Of a DNA stretch of 64,000 nucleotides, positions 27,892 to 40,212 are shown piece after piece. The translations under genes were made by a program, and so were the position numbers. Each line of letters begins with the position of its first letter. The first letter of the stretch is position 1. The DNA comes from an uncultured Gemmatimonadales bacterium (lineage in GTDB: Bacteria; Gemmatimonadota; Gemmatimonadetes; Gemmatimonadales; Gemmatimonadaceae). The notes beneath the pieces are model-generated. The model searched no databases, was not told where the DNA came from, and saw only the letters and a list, made by a program, of their open reading frames with translations. The stretch is taken from positions 288,001-352,000 of the forward strand of contig CAVPQB010000003.1 of NCBI GenBank assembly GCA_963707505.1, read 5' to 3'.

Positions 27892-30800
27892 CTACGCCGT
27901 CGAATTCATCGCGTCATTCGTGGCAATCGCACCATCCACTGCGTCAGCAGCTGGAAATCCGCGCTGCAGCGTAAGTGTGAAGACCGATCCGATTCCTACA
28001 TTGCTCTCCACAGTAACGTCGCCACCCATTGCGTGGGCGAGTGATCGACTGATCGCGAGACCGAGCCCGACGCCTTCCGCACTGCGCGTAAGCGATGTAT
28101 CGACCTGGACGAATGGCTCGAAGATCGCCGTCAGTTGAGCGCTGGGAACCCCAACGCCAGTATCACCCACGTGTATCGCCACCAAATCATCGGTCACATC
28201 ACAGGTCACTTCGACGCTGCCGCCTGCCTTCGTGAACTTGAGTGCGTTGCTCAACAGGTTGAGAAGAATCTGACGTATCTTGTCAGCGTCCCCGCGCACC
28301 ATGAGCCTCTGACCATCGATGCCATTCGGCCGGCACACCTCGTAGCGCAGTCCGGCGCGCTCCATCTGCAGCGCCATCATCTCTCGAACACCCAGTAGCG
28401 ATTCGCTGACGTCCACGTCGCTATGTGCGAGGGAGACCGCACCGGCCTCGAGCTTGGCATAGTTCAGGATCTCATTGATCAGCCCCATGAGATGTTCCTG
28501 ACTGCGCGTGATCCGGACGAGATCGGCGTGTTGCGCCGTCGTCACGGGCCCGCGAATACCCATGTCGATGAGCTGCGCGTACCCAGCAATCGCATTGAGC
28601 GGAGTTCGCAGCTCGTGGCTCATGGTGGCGAGGAAGTCAGCTTTCGCGCGGTTGCTCGCCAGTGCCTCGATCGTTTTTCCGCGCAGCTCGACGCTGGTCG
28701 CTTCCAACTCGTCGGCTCTGGCCACGAGCTCGGCGTTGACGCGTGTCAACTGCACGCCGGCGGTCTTGCGCTCGGTGATGTCCTCGATGGCCATGAGGAT
28801 CAGTGGCGGCCCGTTGTCCTGCGAGCCGATGCGCCGTGCATTCAGCAGCATCGTTCGTTGACCACGGGTCGCGAATTCGTGCTCGACTTCGACGTCATCG
28901 AATGGCTCGCCGGTACGAAGCACGCGCTCCAGCAGAATTCGAAGACTCGGGATGTTCCACTCACCACCCGCGAACTCGAACAGACTGCGCGTCGTCGTGT
29001 CGCCGGCAGAGACACCAAAGCTATCATAGAAAGCATGGTTCGCGCTGACGACGCAGAGGTTCCCGTCCAGCACGAGCAACGGCTCGCGCACCGTCTGCAC
29101 TATCGCCTCGGCGAACCTTCGTGCGTCGTCCAGTTGCTCGGCTGCGCGCTTGCGGGCATCTATGTCGTGGTAGACGATGACGGCTCCGTCGATCTTGTTA
29201 TCCAGAGTGCGATACGGACGGATGTGCATCATGTACCAGTGACCTGTGCGATCGCGCACTTCACGCTCCGTCACCTCCAGAGTGTCGATCACGTGGCTGA
29301 TGAGCGTTTCGATGTTTCCGACATCTATGTTCGATCTCAGGTCACCGATGGGGCGCCCGATGTCCGTCTGAATGACGTTCATCATGCGCTCGGCTCCCGC
29401 GGTAAATCGCCGGATGTGCAGATCAGTTCCAACCATGATCACGGGGACGTGCATCGCACTCAGGAGGTTCTTGAGATCGTCGTTGAGATGATCAGCTTCC
29501 GTATTCCGGCCGCGCAACTCGTCATTGAGCGTGATCAGCTCTTCGTTGAGCGATTGAAGCTCCTCCTTCGAGGTTTCGATCTCTTCGTTCGTACTCTGGA
29601 GCTCTTCGTTGCTGGACTGGATCTGCTCATTGGCCGCCTGGAAATCCTCAACGACTGACGCATGCTCGTCAGCCACGCTCTGGAGGTGCCGCTTCGCGGC
29701 CTCGAGTTCCTGGCGCAGCTCACCGAGCTCAGTTGCGTTGTCCTCCAATTTCCGTTCTGCGATACTGGCGCGGCGGCCGCGCCTGGCGCCACTGCCCTTG
29801 TTCGTCGCGGGGGGCTGCCCACCGGCATCATCGGCCGATGGACGCGTTCCGTCCGCACGACTTTCCTCAAACGAGATGATGAAGAACTTTGCATCGGATC
29901 CCGTGACTCGAAACGGTCGCACGTCGAGGCTGACGTGTTCGACGTGCTTTCCTTGGTGGAACGACACACCCTCGACGCGCGCCGGTCGTGCTTCGTTTCG
30001 AGCGATCTCCAGCACCATGCGCAGCTCGGTGGCCAATTCGGACTTCACCATGTTCAGCAACTGAAAGCTCGCGGTGCCAGCGGCCGGCTCGATGTACCTC
30101 CCCGTGCGACCCCGGAACTGCAGGATTCGCAATTGATCGTCCACCACGACTGCGGCTGGCGCATAGCTCCCGAGCACGATCTGATCTGCGGCGCGCTGTA
30201 TGTCCGGAGACGGGGCAGCTGCGGATGAGCCGGCCGGATCTTCCACGTTCTGTGATCGCCTGATACCGGCGGCGGTCGCGCTGGCGCGATCCTGAATCAA
30301 TGATCGGGTCGGATGTGCCGGACGAACGGCCAGGTGCAATGGCTGCACTGGGCCGGGGCTGCGTGTGTACACGCGCAGCTTCTTGTCGATCGCAGTAAAC
30401 AGTGTCGGAGCAGTGCTCACCGATTCCGACGTTCCGAGCACGAGTATGCCGCCGGGCCGGAGCGCGTAATGGAAGACCGACAGCAGTCTGGTGTGTGCGT
30501 TCGGCTGCAGATAGATGAGAACGTTACGGCAGCTGACGATGTCCAGGTGAGAGAACGGCGGATCCGCGGTTATGTTCTGGACCGCGAAAACACAGCAATC
30601 CCGCACAGCCTTCGTGACGCAATAGCCAGTATCTTCCTTCCTGAAGAAGCGACTCAGCCGCTCTGGCGTGACATCCGCCTCGATGCCTCGTGTATACATC
30701 CCCGTGCGCGCGGCGGTGATCGCGGCCGCATTCAGGTCGGTTGCAAAAATCTGGATCGGGGTGTCGAGCGAATGGGCTTCCAGCAGCTCGAGAAGACAGA

Positions 30801-31957
30801 TGGCAAACGAATATGCTTCCTCGCCGGTTGAACATCCCGCTATCCACACACGTATTGGAGGGTCATCGCGAATGGAATCCGCCCGCGTACGTTTGTCCTC
30901 TGCCATTCGCCGCGCCATGAAGTCCGGTAGGACTGTACCCGACAGCGCGTTGAACAAGTCCGGATCGCGGAAAAACCGTGTTACTCCGATGAGGAGATCG
31001 TTGTACAACGTGCTCAACTCCTCGCCATCCTTGCGTAGCAGCTCCGCGTAGCGTCCGACGGTGTCGATCCTGCGAAGAGCCATGCGTCGCTGAATTCGTC
31101 GCTCGACCGTCCCCATCTTGTACAGGTCGAAATCGACACCGAATTGACTCTTGAGATCCGCGCAAATGCTCGCCAAGGCGTCGCTATTCGTACCGGTGTC
31201 CGCGCCGCTACGGGACACGCTGCGGTCGTGGGGTTGGGTGTCCAGTTCGTGATTTGTTTCAGCCGCGTGATCCAGTGAGCCGTCGCCGGAATGCGGACGT
31301 AAGTATGGATTGCGTCCCAGTCGCGCGATGTGGGTCGCGATCTCTGCCGGCGCGCGCAATGATGTCGATACACGCTGTTGCGATTGCCGATCGCGGCATC
31401 CCCTCGGCGGTTGCCGTTGCGGGATCCTGCGCAAACGCGATCCCGCCCGCGCCTCGTATTGCGCGAACACCGAGCGCACCATCGGAGCCCGTGCCAGAAA
31501 GGATCACGCCGATGGTCCTGCTTTCCTGCACTTCAGCGAGCGAGCGGAAGAATGCGTCGATCGGCAATGGGGGGCGGTCGTCCGGATCTCTCGGCACCAA
31601 CTTCAGATGGCCGTCCGTGAACGTCATCTTGGTATCCGGCGCGATCACGTACGCGTGATTGGCTTCGACACGATCGCCGTTCGCCGCCTGATGTACCGGC
31701 ATCGTCGCTTGCCGCGCGAGCAATTCAGCCAGGATGCTTCCGTGCGTCGGACTGAGGTGCTGTACCACTACATACGCAAGCGCGGTATCTGCTGGAACGT
31801 TCCGAAAAAACTCGGACAGGGCTTCGAGGCCGCCCGCGGACGCACCAATACCGACGACCGTTACGGGCGAACTGCGCACTGATTCACGCTCGGTCGATTC
31901 AGTCGATGCCGATTCGGTCGTGTCCGCCGACGGAATCGGCACCCCGTCAGAAACCAT
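27892..31957 (-). CDS. CheB methylesterase-CheR methyltransferase-PAS-histidine kinase fusion; frameshift near 31350
   Basis: CheB GASAGG/QHLSP/GTGSDG in ORF 31259..31957. CheR GCSTGEEAYS and SCRNVLIY, NEELQS coil, PAS, SHELRTPL and G-boxes in ORF 27892..31482. Confidence 0.92.
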
Positions 31958-32079
31958 TACAGCTCGGCCATCACGTCGCTGCGGTGCTCAACCAAATGTT
32001 CATCAACCTCGCAAAGCGCAAGAATCGCGCTACAAGGCGCCATCCGCTCCTCAGGACACCGCGATCGTACCCACATCGT

Positions 32080-33945
32080 CTAGCTATCCAGGCGATCTGG
32101 ATGAGCCGAGGGGTTGACCTCGGCACTATCCGCGCGGTGAGTCTCATTCGCGGCGTCGTCCGGGTTTGTGGGGCCCCGACCGGCATCGACTGCCTTGAGG
32201 GCGCGTTGTTGCTCGATTGCGGCAACATCCGGCAAGGCGGTGACGGGAATCCCGCGCGGCAGCGTGAGCGTAAAGACAGATCCCCGATCGACAATACTTT
32301 CCGCAGAAATGTCACCGCCCATCGCGCGCGCAAGCTCTCGGCTTATTGCTAGACCCAGGCCGATGCCTCGCTGACTGTACGGAACAGTATCGGTCGCGAG
32401 ATGCCTGTCCACCTGCACGAACGGCTCGAAGATACTCTCCAGCTTGTCCGCCGGGATTCCGCGCCCCGTGTCACTGACCGCAATGCTGACGACGTCATCG
32501 GCCGCCGTACAGGCGATACCGATTCTGCCACCAGACGGAGTGAACTTCTGCGCGTTCGTAAGCAAGTTCAGCAGTATCTGCTGAACTTTCTCCGCGTCGG
32601 CACGCGTCGCAATTTCGGGTTCGCACCGTTCGTACACGACGCGAATTCCCTTCGCATGCATCTGTGGCGAGACGAGCGCCTCCACCCCGCCGACGAGATC
32701 GAGCAGGGAGGTGTCGGCAAAGCGGAAGTCCACCTTCCCTGCTTCCAGCTTCGCGAAGTTCAGAATGTCGTTGATCAGTGCGAGAAGATGACGGCCGCTC
32801 TTCTTGATCCGAGCGAGATCGTCGAGCTGCTCCGGCGTCACTGCGCCGCGAATGCCGAGCTCCATCAGATCGACGTAGCCGCCGATTGCATTCAGTGGAG
32901 TTCGGAGCTCATGCGACATGGTCGCGAGAAATTCGGCCTTGGCTCGGTTGGCGGACTCCGCGACCAGCTGCGCCTGCTCCGCTGCGACCCGCGCCCGCTC
33001 GGACTCACTGGTGCGCCCTTCCAATTCTTCGGTTATGACGTGAAGCTCTTCCGTCTGACTCTCAAGCTCCGTTGCCTGCTCGTGCAATTGTTCGTTCTGC
33101 GCCTCGAGCTCGATCGTCTGCTCGTGCAGGTGTTGTTGCTGCAGCTCCAGCTCGGATGCCTGTTCCTGAAGCTGCTGATTCTGCAGCTCCAGCTCGAACC
33201 TCTGCGATTCCAGCTGCGTGTTCTGCAAAGCGAGCCCGCGAGCGGCGGCGGTTTGTGACTCGGCATACCGAGTCAGCAAAGCGTTGAGAATTATGGCGAA
33301 GAGTACGGCCACGAGCGTGCCGCCGATCAGGATCACCGTTACGATCTCGGCGTGGTGCTCCTCTGCCGCTGACCGCGTTGCCAGAAGGGATCGCTCGGTA
33401 GACTCCATCGTCGTCACGTGCGCGCGAATGGAATCCATGATCTGCTTGCCGCGGCCCGTACGCAGCCTGGCAACCGCCGCCGCCAATCCCTGGGTTCGTC
33501 GCAGATCGATGGAGTAATTCAGTTCCGCGAGTCGCGCGGTTACGAGAGGAGCAAGCTCGTCAAGACGACGCTGCTGCACCGGGTTGTCACCGGTCAAGAG
33601 TCGCAACGCACTCGTGTCGGCCGCGAGCGCGGTGAGTGCATTGGTGTACGGCTCCAGATACGCCTCGTCCCCGGTCAGGATGAATCCGCGCTGGCCGGTT
33701 TCGGCGTCCTTGAGATCCGAGAGGGTCGCGCGCGTGCGATCGATCGTCAGGTGAGTGTGCTCCACCCACGCTCCGGCGTCGCGCGCCCGCACGATCCCGC
33801 TGTAGGTAACCACGCCAATTACGAGGACCACGATAGCCACACCGCTGGACGCGACTACCCGCTGCCACGGCGACATCGGCTTTGCGAACGGTTTTTCCGA
33901 CGGAAACCTTGCAGGGCTGTCAACCGTTGGCGTGGTCGGATTCAT
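32080..33945 (-). CDS. CHASE3-domain sensor histidine kinase
   Basis: TM-WVEHT...DAETGQRGF...-TM, 14-residue coiled-coil repeats, SHELRTPL, NAQKFT, DTGRG, GLGL. Confidence 0.93.
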   Translation of the reverse strand: MNPTTPTVDSPARFPSEKPFAKPMSPWQRVVASSGVAIVVLVIGVVTYSGIVRARDAGAWVEHTHLTIDRTRATLSDLKDAETGQRGFILTGDEAYLEPYTNALTALAADTSALRLLTGDNPVQQRRLDELAPLVTARLAELNYSIDLRRTQGLAAAVARLRTGRGKQIMDSIRAHVTTMESTERSLLATRSAAEEHHAEIVTVILIGGTLVAVLFAIILNALLTRYAESQTAAARGLALQNTQLESQRFELELQNQQLQEQASELELQQQHLHEQTIELEAQNEQLHEQATELESQTEELHVITEELEGRTSESERARVAAEQAQLVAESANRAKAEFLATMSHELRTPLNAIGGYVDLMELGIRGAVTPEQLDDLARIKKSGRHLLALINDILNFAKLEAGKVDFRFADTSLLDLVGGVEALVSPQMHAKGIRVVYERCEPEIATRADAEKVQQILLNLLTNAQKFTPSGGRIGIACTAADDVVSIAVSDTGRGIPADKLESIFEPFVQVDRHLATDTVPYSQRGIGLGLAISRELARAMGGDISAESIVDRGSVFTLTLPRGIPVTALPDVAAIEQQRALKAVDAGRGPTNPDDAANETHRADSAEVNPSAHPDRLDS

Positions 33946-34204
33946 TCTGAATCAAAATGTATCGGATACGTGACCGCGGTGCAGACCTGTGGGGCGCTCG
34001 GAACGGGGTCGCGATCCAGCCGGTGAAGGGGTTGGGGACCTACCGGCGGCACGTAGAATTGCCGTGTTTCCATTGTAGTAAACCGAACACTACGCCGACA
34101 AATACGCGGCCCATCGCTGGCACCTTGGTCTGGTCACGAGCCAGAGTCGGTTGTCGAGACGTGGAGCTCTCCCGCACACGTCTCGACAAACGATGCTGCT
34201 TACC

Positions 34205-36719
34205 TCAGCCGCACTCCGAAAATCCACACACGTGACACTTCGCGCATCCTTCGGCGAGCTCCAACTGCGAGCCGCAATCAGGACACGTCTGCATGAAGCC
34301 GTCGCTGTTGCTGTACGTATCGAAGCCCATCTGCATCTGAGCCTGCGCCGCTGCAACGTCTGACGCGGCCTTGATGGTTTCCGGCGTCGCGCGCGGCGCC
34401 TGTGCAGCGGCGTTCGCGGCGGAGAGCAGCTCCTGCTGCACGCCCTGCTTCTCGCGCATCCACTCCTCGAGCGCGATTCCGATCGCGTCCGGCACCGAGA
34501 GCACCTTGTTCGGTCCGAGTCCAACGGCACGATCCGAGCTGATGCCGCGCAGCTGGCGGTGCACTTCACGAGTCGGAATTCCCGAGCGCAGCGCGAGCGA
34601 GATCAGGCGTCCCATCGCTTCGGCATCGGCCATCGCCGCGCCGCCCGCCTTGCCGAGGTTGATGAACACCTCGAACGGCTGGCCGCGATCGTCCTCGGTG
34701 ATGTTGACGAACATCGTGCCGAGCGGCGTCTCCTTGCGAATCGTGGTGCCGCGCAGCGTGTCCGGGCGCGAGCGCTTGGCGCGGCGCTGAAGATTCTCCG
34801 CCTCCGCATCGTACAGCGCCTGCTTCAGCCGCTCGATCTCCGCCTCAGCTCGGCGATCGTGCCGTGCAGCTCGCCCATCTCGCGCTCGATCGCGTCTGCC
34901 TCGCCATCGCGCTCGGCGCTGGCCTGCTCCGTTGCGCCGGTGGAGAGCACCTGGTTGTCGCGCGAGCCATCGCGGTACACGGTGACGCCCTTGCACTTGA
35001 GCTCGTACGCGAGCTCGTAGATCGCGCGCACGTCGTCCCGCGTCGCGGCGTGCGGGAAGTTCGTCGTCTTGGAGATCGCCGAGTCGCAGTGCTCCTGGAA
35101 GGCGGCCTGCATGCGGACGTGCCACTCGGGCGTGATGTCGTGCGCGGTGACGAACACGCGCTGCCACTTGCTCCGGCACTTCGTCGAAGTGGATGTGCCC
35201 TTCCTTCGCGATCTTCTCGATCAGCTCGTCGCAGTACCAGCCTTCCCGCTTCGCGATCGCGACGAAGTCCTCGTTCACGTCCGGCATCATGCACGCCGGC
35301 CTGGTTGCGCATGAACGCAACGGCGAAGAGCGGCTCGATGCCCGACGAGCAGCCCGCGATGATCGAGATCGTGCCCGTCGGCGCGACCGTGGTGACGTTG
35401 CAGTTGCGCAGCATCTGCATTGGGCCGAATGCGCTTGCCATTCGCATCGCGCGCGCACGTCTCGTCGGGACCCCAGATCGAGCGCGCCCATTCGGGGAAC
35501 GGACCGCGCTCGTTGGCGAGCCGCTCGCTCTCGCGCTTCGACTCGACGTCGACGAACTCCTGCAGCTGTGCGGCCGAACTCCACGCCTTCGGGCGAGTCG
35601 TAGGCAATGCCGAGGCGCACGAGCGCGTCGGCGAAGCCCATGACGCCGAATCCGATGCGGCGGATGCGCTTGGACAGCGCGTCGATCTCCGGCAGCGGAT
35701 ACTTGTTGACGTCGATGATGTTGTCGAGGAAGTGCGTCGACGAGGTGGATGTCGCGCTTGAGCGCATCCCAGTCCATCGCCCGTCCTTCACGTAGTAGCC
35801 GACGTTGATCGAGCCGAGGTTGCAGACGTCGTACGGCAGCAGCGGCTGCTCGCCGCACGGATTCGTCGCCTCGTACGCGCCGAGGTGCGGCACCGGATTG
35901 TAGCGGTTCGCCTCGTCGATGAAGAAGCAGCCCGGCTCGCCCGTGCGCCACGCGCCGTCGATCATCTTGTCCCACACCATCTGCGCGTCGAGCTGGCCGG
36001 TGACCTTGCCGGTGCGAAGGCTCGATGAGATCGTACGTCTCGCCCGCCTTGAGCGCCGCCATGAACTCGTCGGTGATGGCAACGGAGATGTTGAAGTTCG
36101 TGATCTGGGTGAGGTCTTCCTTGCAGGTGATGAAGTCCAGGATGTCCGGATGATCGACGCGCAGGATGCCCATGTTGGCGCCGCGACGCGTGCCGCCCTG
36201 CTTCACCGCGTCGGTCGACGCATCGTAGAGCTTCATGAACGAGACGGGACCCGACGCGACGCCGGTCGTCGAGCGGACCATCGAGCCCTTGCCGCGCAGA
36301 CGCGAGAAGGAGAAGCCCGTGCCGCCGCCCGACTGGTGAATGAGCGCCATCGAGCGCAGCGTGTCGTAGATGCCGTTGTGACCGTTGGAGAGCGAATCCT
36401 CGACCGGCAGCACGAAGCAGGCGGAGAGCTGGCCGAGCGGACGGCCTGCGTTCATGAGCGTCGGCGAGTTGGGCTCGAAGCGACGCTCCGTCATCAGACG
36501 GTAGAACTGCTCCGCCAGCGCATGGACCGCCCCGTCGCTCGCGCCGTACCGGCGGTCTGCTTCCGCGACCGTCGTCGCCACACGCCAGAACATGTCCTCC
36601 GGCTGCTCCGTCGGTGTGCCCGTCTCGTCCTTGATCAGATAGCGCTTGGCCAGGACGGTCCGAGCGTTCTGATTCAGCTGCGCATCGGGCAGCGACTCCT
36701 GATTATTCGCGTCGGCCAT
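34205..36719 (-). CDS. nrdJ: Class II (adenosylcobalamin-dependent) ribonucleotide reductase; multiple frameshifts
   Basis: [69 protein letters not shown]-like domain and C-terminal CxxC..CxxC, spread across frames. Confidence 0.93.
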
Positions 36720-37173
36720 CTCTACTCTCTCTGAAACTGTGCTGATTGGTTCGCCAGGCGGAATGTACCACCAAACGTGACTTCATAAGCTGCCATGAGG
36801 AGACCATCCGGCGCGGTGTATTTGCGCCATCAGGTCAGGGGTCGTGATACTACGTCAGTACGTGTTTGCGCGCCAGTGCATTGTTAAGCCATTGCGGCGC
36901 AACGAGTTGGCGATTGATAGTCACGAACATCTGTGACTGTTCGTTTTTCCTCATCGCCCGTCAACATCGAGGCTTCCGTCGAATAATTGTGATAACATGC
37001 TGATACCCCACTGCTAACGTATTGGTGCACAATGAGTTAACTAAATTTGACTCGCTCGGAGAATTCTTTTGTGATGCGACGGCAATGCTCCGCCATCCGC
37101 CGACCTTCGTCGTGTTGCTTGGAAACACGCGATTGCAGAGCGCGTGCCCTACGCGACTATTTGTCCGAAATGA

Positions 37174-40100
37174 TCAGAAGGCCAGGCCGAGGGTAACGTA
37201 GGCGCTCAAAGTGGATGCGCCGGCGTATGCAGCTCCGCTCACAGGGTGTGCAAGCCCAAACCTGAACCGGTAGGGGACGTCGAACTGCAGTGCCGAATCC
37301 AGATTCAGCTCCGCTCCCACCGACCCGAGGGTTGGTCCGCCATTGGCCGATGGTGAGCACGCAGGCGTCGCTCCGGATGGGCACGACGCGCGCGCTGCGT
37401 CGCCGAAAAAGGCCAGCGATGCGCGGTCCAGGAAGAACGGAAACAGTCCCAGCGAGCGCGAAGGCGCAACCAGCGGCAACCGGTACTCCGCGCTGAACGA
37501 GGATGCGTCGATTCCGGTCTCGCTGCCGGCGGGAAAACCTCGCGCCGGAAACGTGCGCGTGCTGCTGCCGAATGTTATTCCCGGCACGATCTCGAACGAC
37601 TCGCCACTTACACCACCGGCCGAATACACGCTCGGCGATCTGCGATCGGCAGCGCCCACGGCTGCGCGTATCGCGATCACGTGATGCGCGAAGCCCGGCA
37701 GATCCAGAGACTTGTATGCGGCGCCTACCGCGACCGCGCTGCGGCCTGCCACGCCCGTCGATGACTCCCAACGCTGCCGCACCGAGCCGGAGAACGTCAC
37801 ACCATCCTCGGGCGAGATGCTCAATGTCGGCGACTGCGTGTTGGAGAACACGGCGCCAGCGACGAGCGAGGGATAGTTGTGCGTCGTCGAGAAAAATGAG
37901 TCCAGCCTGGGCAACAAGTCAGCCGGGCTGGATGCGTACTGATCGCTCTCGAGCTCGGCGCCCACCGTAATTGCGGAGTACGTTCGCACGCGCGGACGTG
38001 AGAAGGTCGCATGCATGCTGACGAAACGACTGCGCTCGCCGAGGTCACCGACCTTATGGCCGCCGCCAGTGATGTTTGCGTATGTCCAGGATTGCTCCAG
38101 CGACAGCGCGAGTCCCGGGTTGGTCCATCGGTTGTAGGCGTAATCGAGGGACGCATCGACGTTGCTGTTGTGCGTATTGATCGACACCTGCGCTACGTAT
38201 GAGTGACGTCCGATCACGTCCGACGCGCCGGTCAGCGCACCGATCAGCGCGCCGCGGCCGTCGCCCACCTGCGCAAACGTCGGCGACCAGTACGCCGGCG
38301 CGAGTGTGCGCCACGGTGAATAGGATCGCGCGCGGCTGGTATCGTCAGTCACGCGCCAACGCGGGTCGGTTGATGACTTCACGTCAGGATTAACTTCCGC
38401 CTTCACTTCCGCGCTTCGACTTCCGGAGCGGACGAACCGTCATAACTGGCAGTCGTGCCGAGCCGGAGCAGATCGGAGTTGCTGACGGTCCACACCAGAA
38501 TGTGATATCCGTCGCCGCGCAGCGCGGTGGTCGCAATGCGCACCGAATCTGCACCTGCACTCACAACGTCCACGCCATATACACCGCCGGGCTCCGCGGT
38601 GAGACGCTGCGGTGTCGTTTTCGCAAATTCGCTGTAGGCTGGCGCGATCGCCAGTTGCGACGCGCCGCCAAGATCGGAAGTGAAGAGGATGGAGCGTCCG
38701 TTGCTCGTCCACGCCGGCGAGCGGAGCACTGCGCGCTCGCGCACCGGAGTGTGGAGGACGCGACCGGCGCTATCCATGACTACTATCTCGTTCGGCGCTC
38801 CCATGATTCGCACCGCGACGATGTGCGTTCCGTCGGGCGACCAGCGCGGCGCGGCCCACTGCGTGTCGAGCGACGCGGTTGTGATGGGAGTGATGTTCAT
38901 TCCGTCGCGTGACACTCGCACGAGGCGTGTTGCACCGGGCACGGTCTGCACCGCAACGATCTCGCCATCGGCCCGCACACTCGGCGCGCTCAGGCGTTTG
39001 CCGTGAGTGAGTCGCGTCTCCACGCCGCCGCGCGCTGCATACAGATCTCCGCGGATGTGATAGCGGTCGATGTAATCATCCTGCGAGAATACTGTGAGCC
39101 CGTGGTGCGACGGATCGTTGACGTCCAGTGAATTGCGCCGAGATTGGCGGACTGGTGCTTCACCCAGGTGCGCCCGATACAGGCCTGGCGTTTCGCGGCC
39201 GTCGTTTGCGGCGAACACGAGCGCCGAATCACCGACCCAGCGTGGCTCGACGATGTAGCGCCCGCCATTCGGTATCACGACGGCGCGCGATGACGCGAAT
39301 GCCGCCGGAGTCGTTGCGGATTGCGTACGCAGCGCTGCTGAATCGTCGACCGCGCTCAGAACGGAGTCACGCCACTGGTTCCAGGAATGCGTGAAGGTCT
39401 CGCCGAATGTCCGCTTCGCTTCACGATCGAGAAAAAAAGGAATCGTCGTCTCGCTCGAACGCTCGACGAAGGCAGGGATCGCGGATGCGCCGTGCTCACG
39501 GGCGATGTCATCCCACACGAACGATCCGTAAACGTACACCGACTGCCCGTACGGAAAGCGCGACGTTGCAAGCGACAGCTCGCCCAGCGATGGCGCAACG
39601 TGATCGATCGCCGCCGATCGCACGACGGCGCTCTCGAAGCTTCCGTGTAAACGGCCGCCACTCGTAAACCGCGATTCGTAATAGACAGCGAGCCCTTCAG
39701 TCAGCCATGCAGGAGTGTAATAATTCGGAAAGAGGACGGGATTGCGTCCAAACACGGACTGAGCGGCGCGCCACCAACCGCGGCTGCGATCGAGATGGAA
39801 GATGTGCGTCAGCTCGTGCTGCAACACGAGCACTGTCCAGTCGTCGTAGCTCTCCAGCGACGGGTCGTCGACGGGTGGACGCGCGTAGATGATCACGCGA
39901 GGACGCGGGACCACGGTGGCCGATCCGTTGGACGCGTCGGTCCCATCGCTCACGACGATGTCAACGGGACCGCGTGGCGTGACGAGCTCCGTTGCCAGAT
40001 TCGCATACGCTCGCTCGGCGACCGCTGCAGCGTGGCGCGCTTCGGCTTCGAGCGGAGCCGTGAAGTGAACTCTGAAGTGCGGTGTCTCGATCGTCCGCCA

Positions 40101-40211
40101 CCGCTCGTTCGCCGGCAGCTGCGCAGAAAGCCGGCTTACCGCAAATACAGAAACAATCAGTCCTGCGATTACGCGGACGACAGTTTTTCGCCATCCAGCG
40201 ATGAAGGACAT
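37174..40211 (-). CDS. Secreted gluzincin-like + beta-propeller (PD40/TolB-like) + Omp85-like barrel protein; split at 38403-38406 (frameshift or two coupled genes)
   Basis: Signal peptide, HELTH...WLTEGLA, PRWSPDG/SPAWTSNG repeats. The 37174..38406 part has RGFP, AEYRLP, barrel strands and a terminal Phe. Confidence 0.75.
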
Positions 40212-40212
40212 T

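Noticed and set aside
25167..33945. Genomic island or mobile element around the ars and kinase genes
   Set aside because: No integrase, transposase, tRNA or flanking direct repeats were seen.
34205..36719. Intein, programmed frameshifting or pseudogenisation in nrdJ (also purA, priA)
   Set aside because: The NPCGEQ region is uninterrupted, and the indels are numerous, lack slippery sites and hit essential genes, so sequencing error is more likely.
36720..37173. Cobalamin riboswitch or NrdR boxes upstream of nrdJ
   Set aside because: No recognisable B12-box or clear NrdR palindrome pair by eye; an Rfam or PWM scan would be needed.
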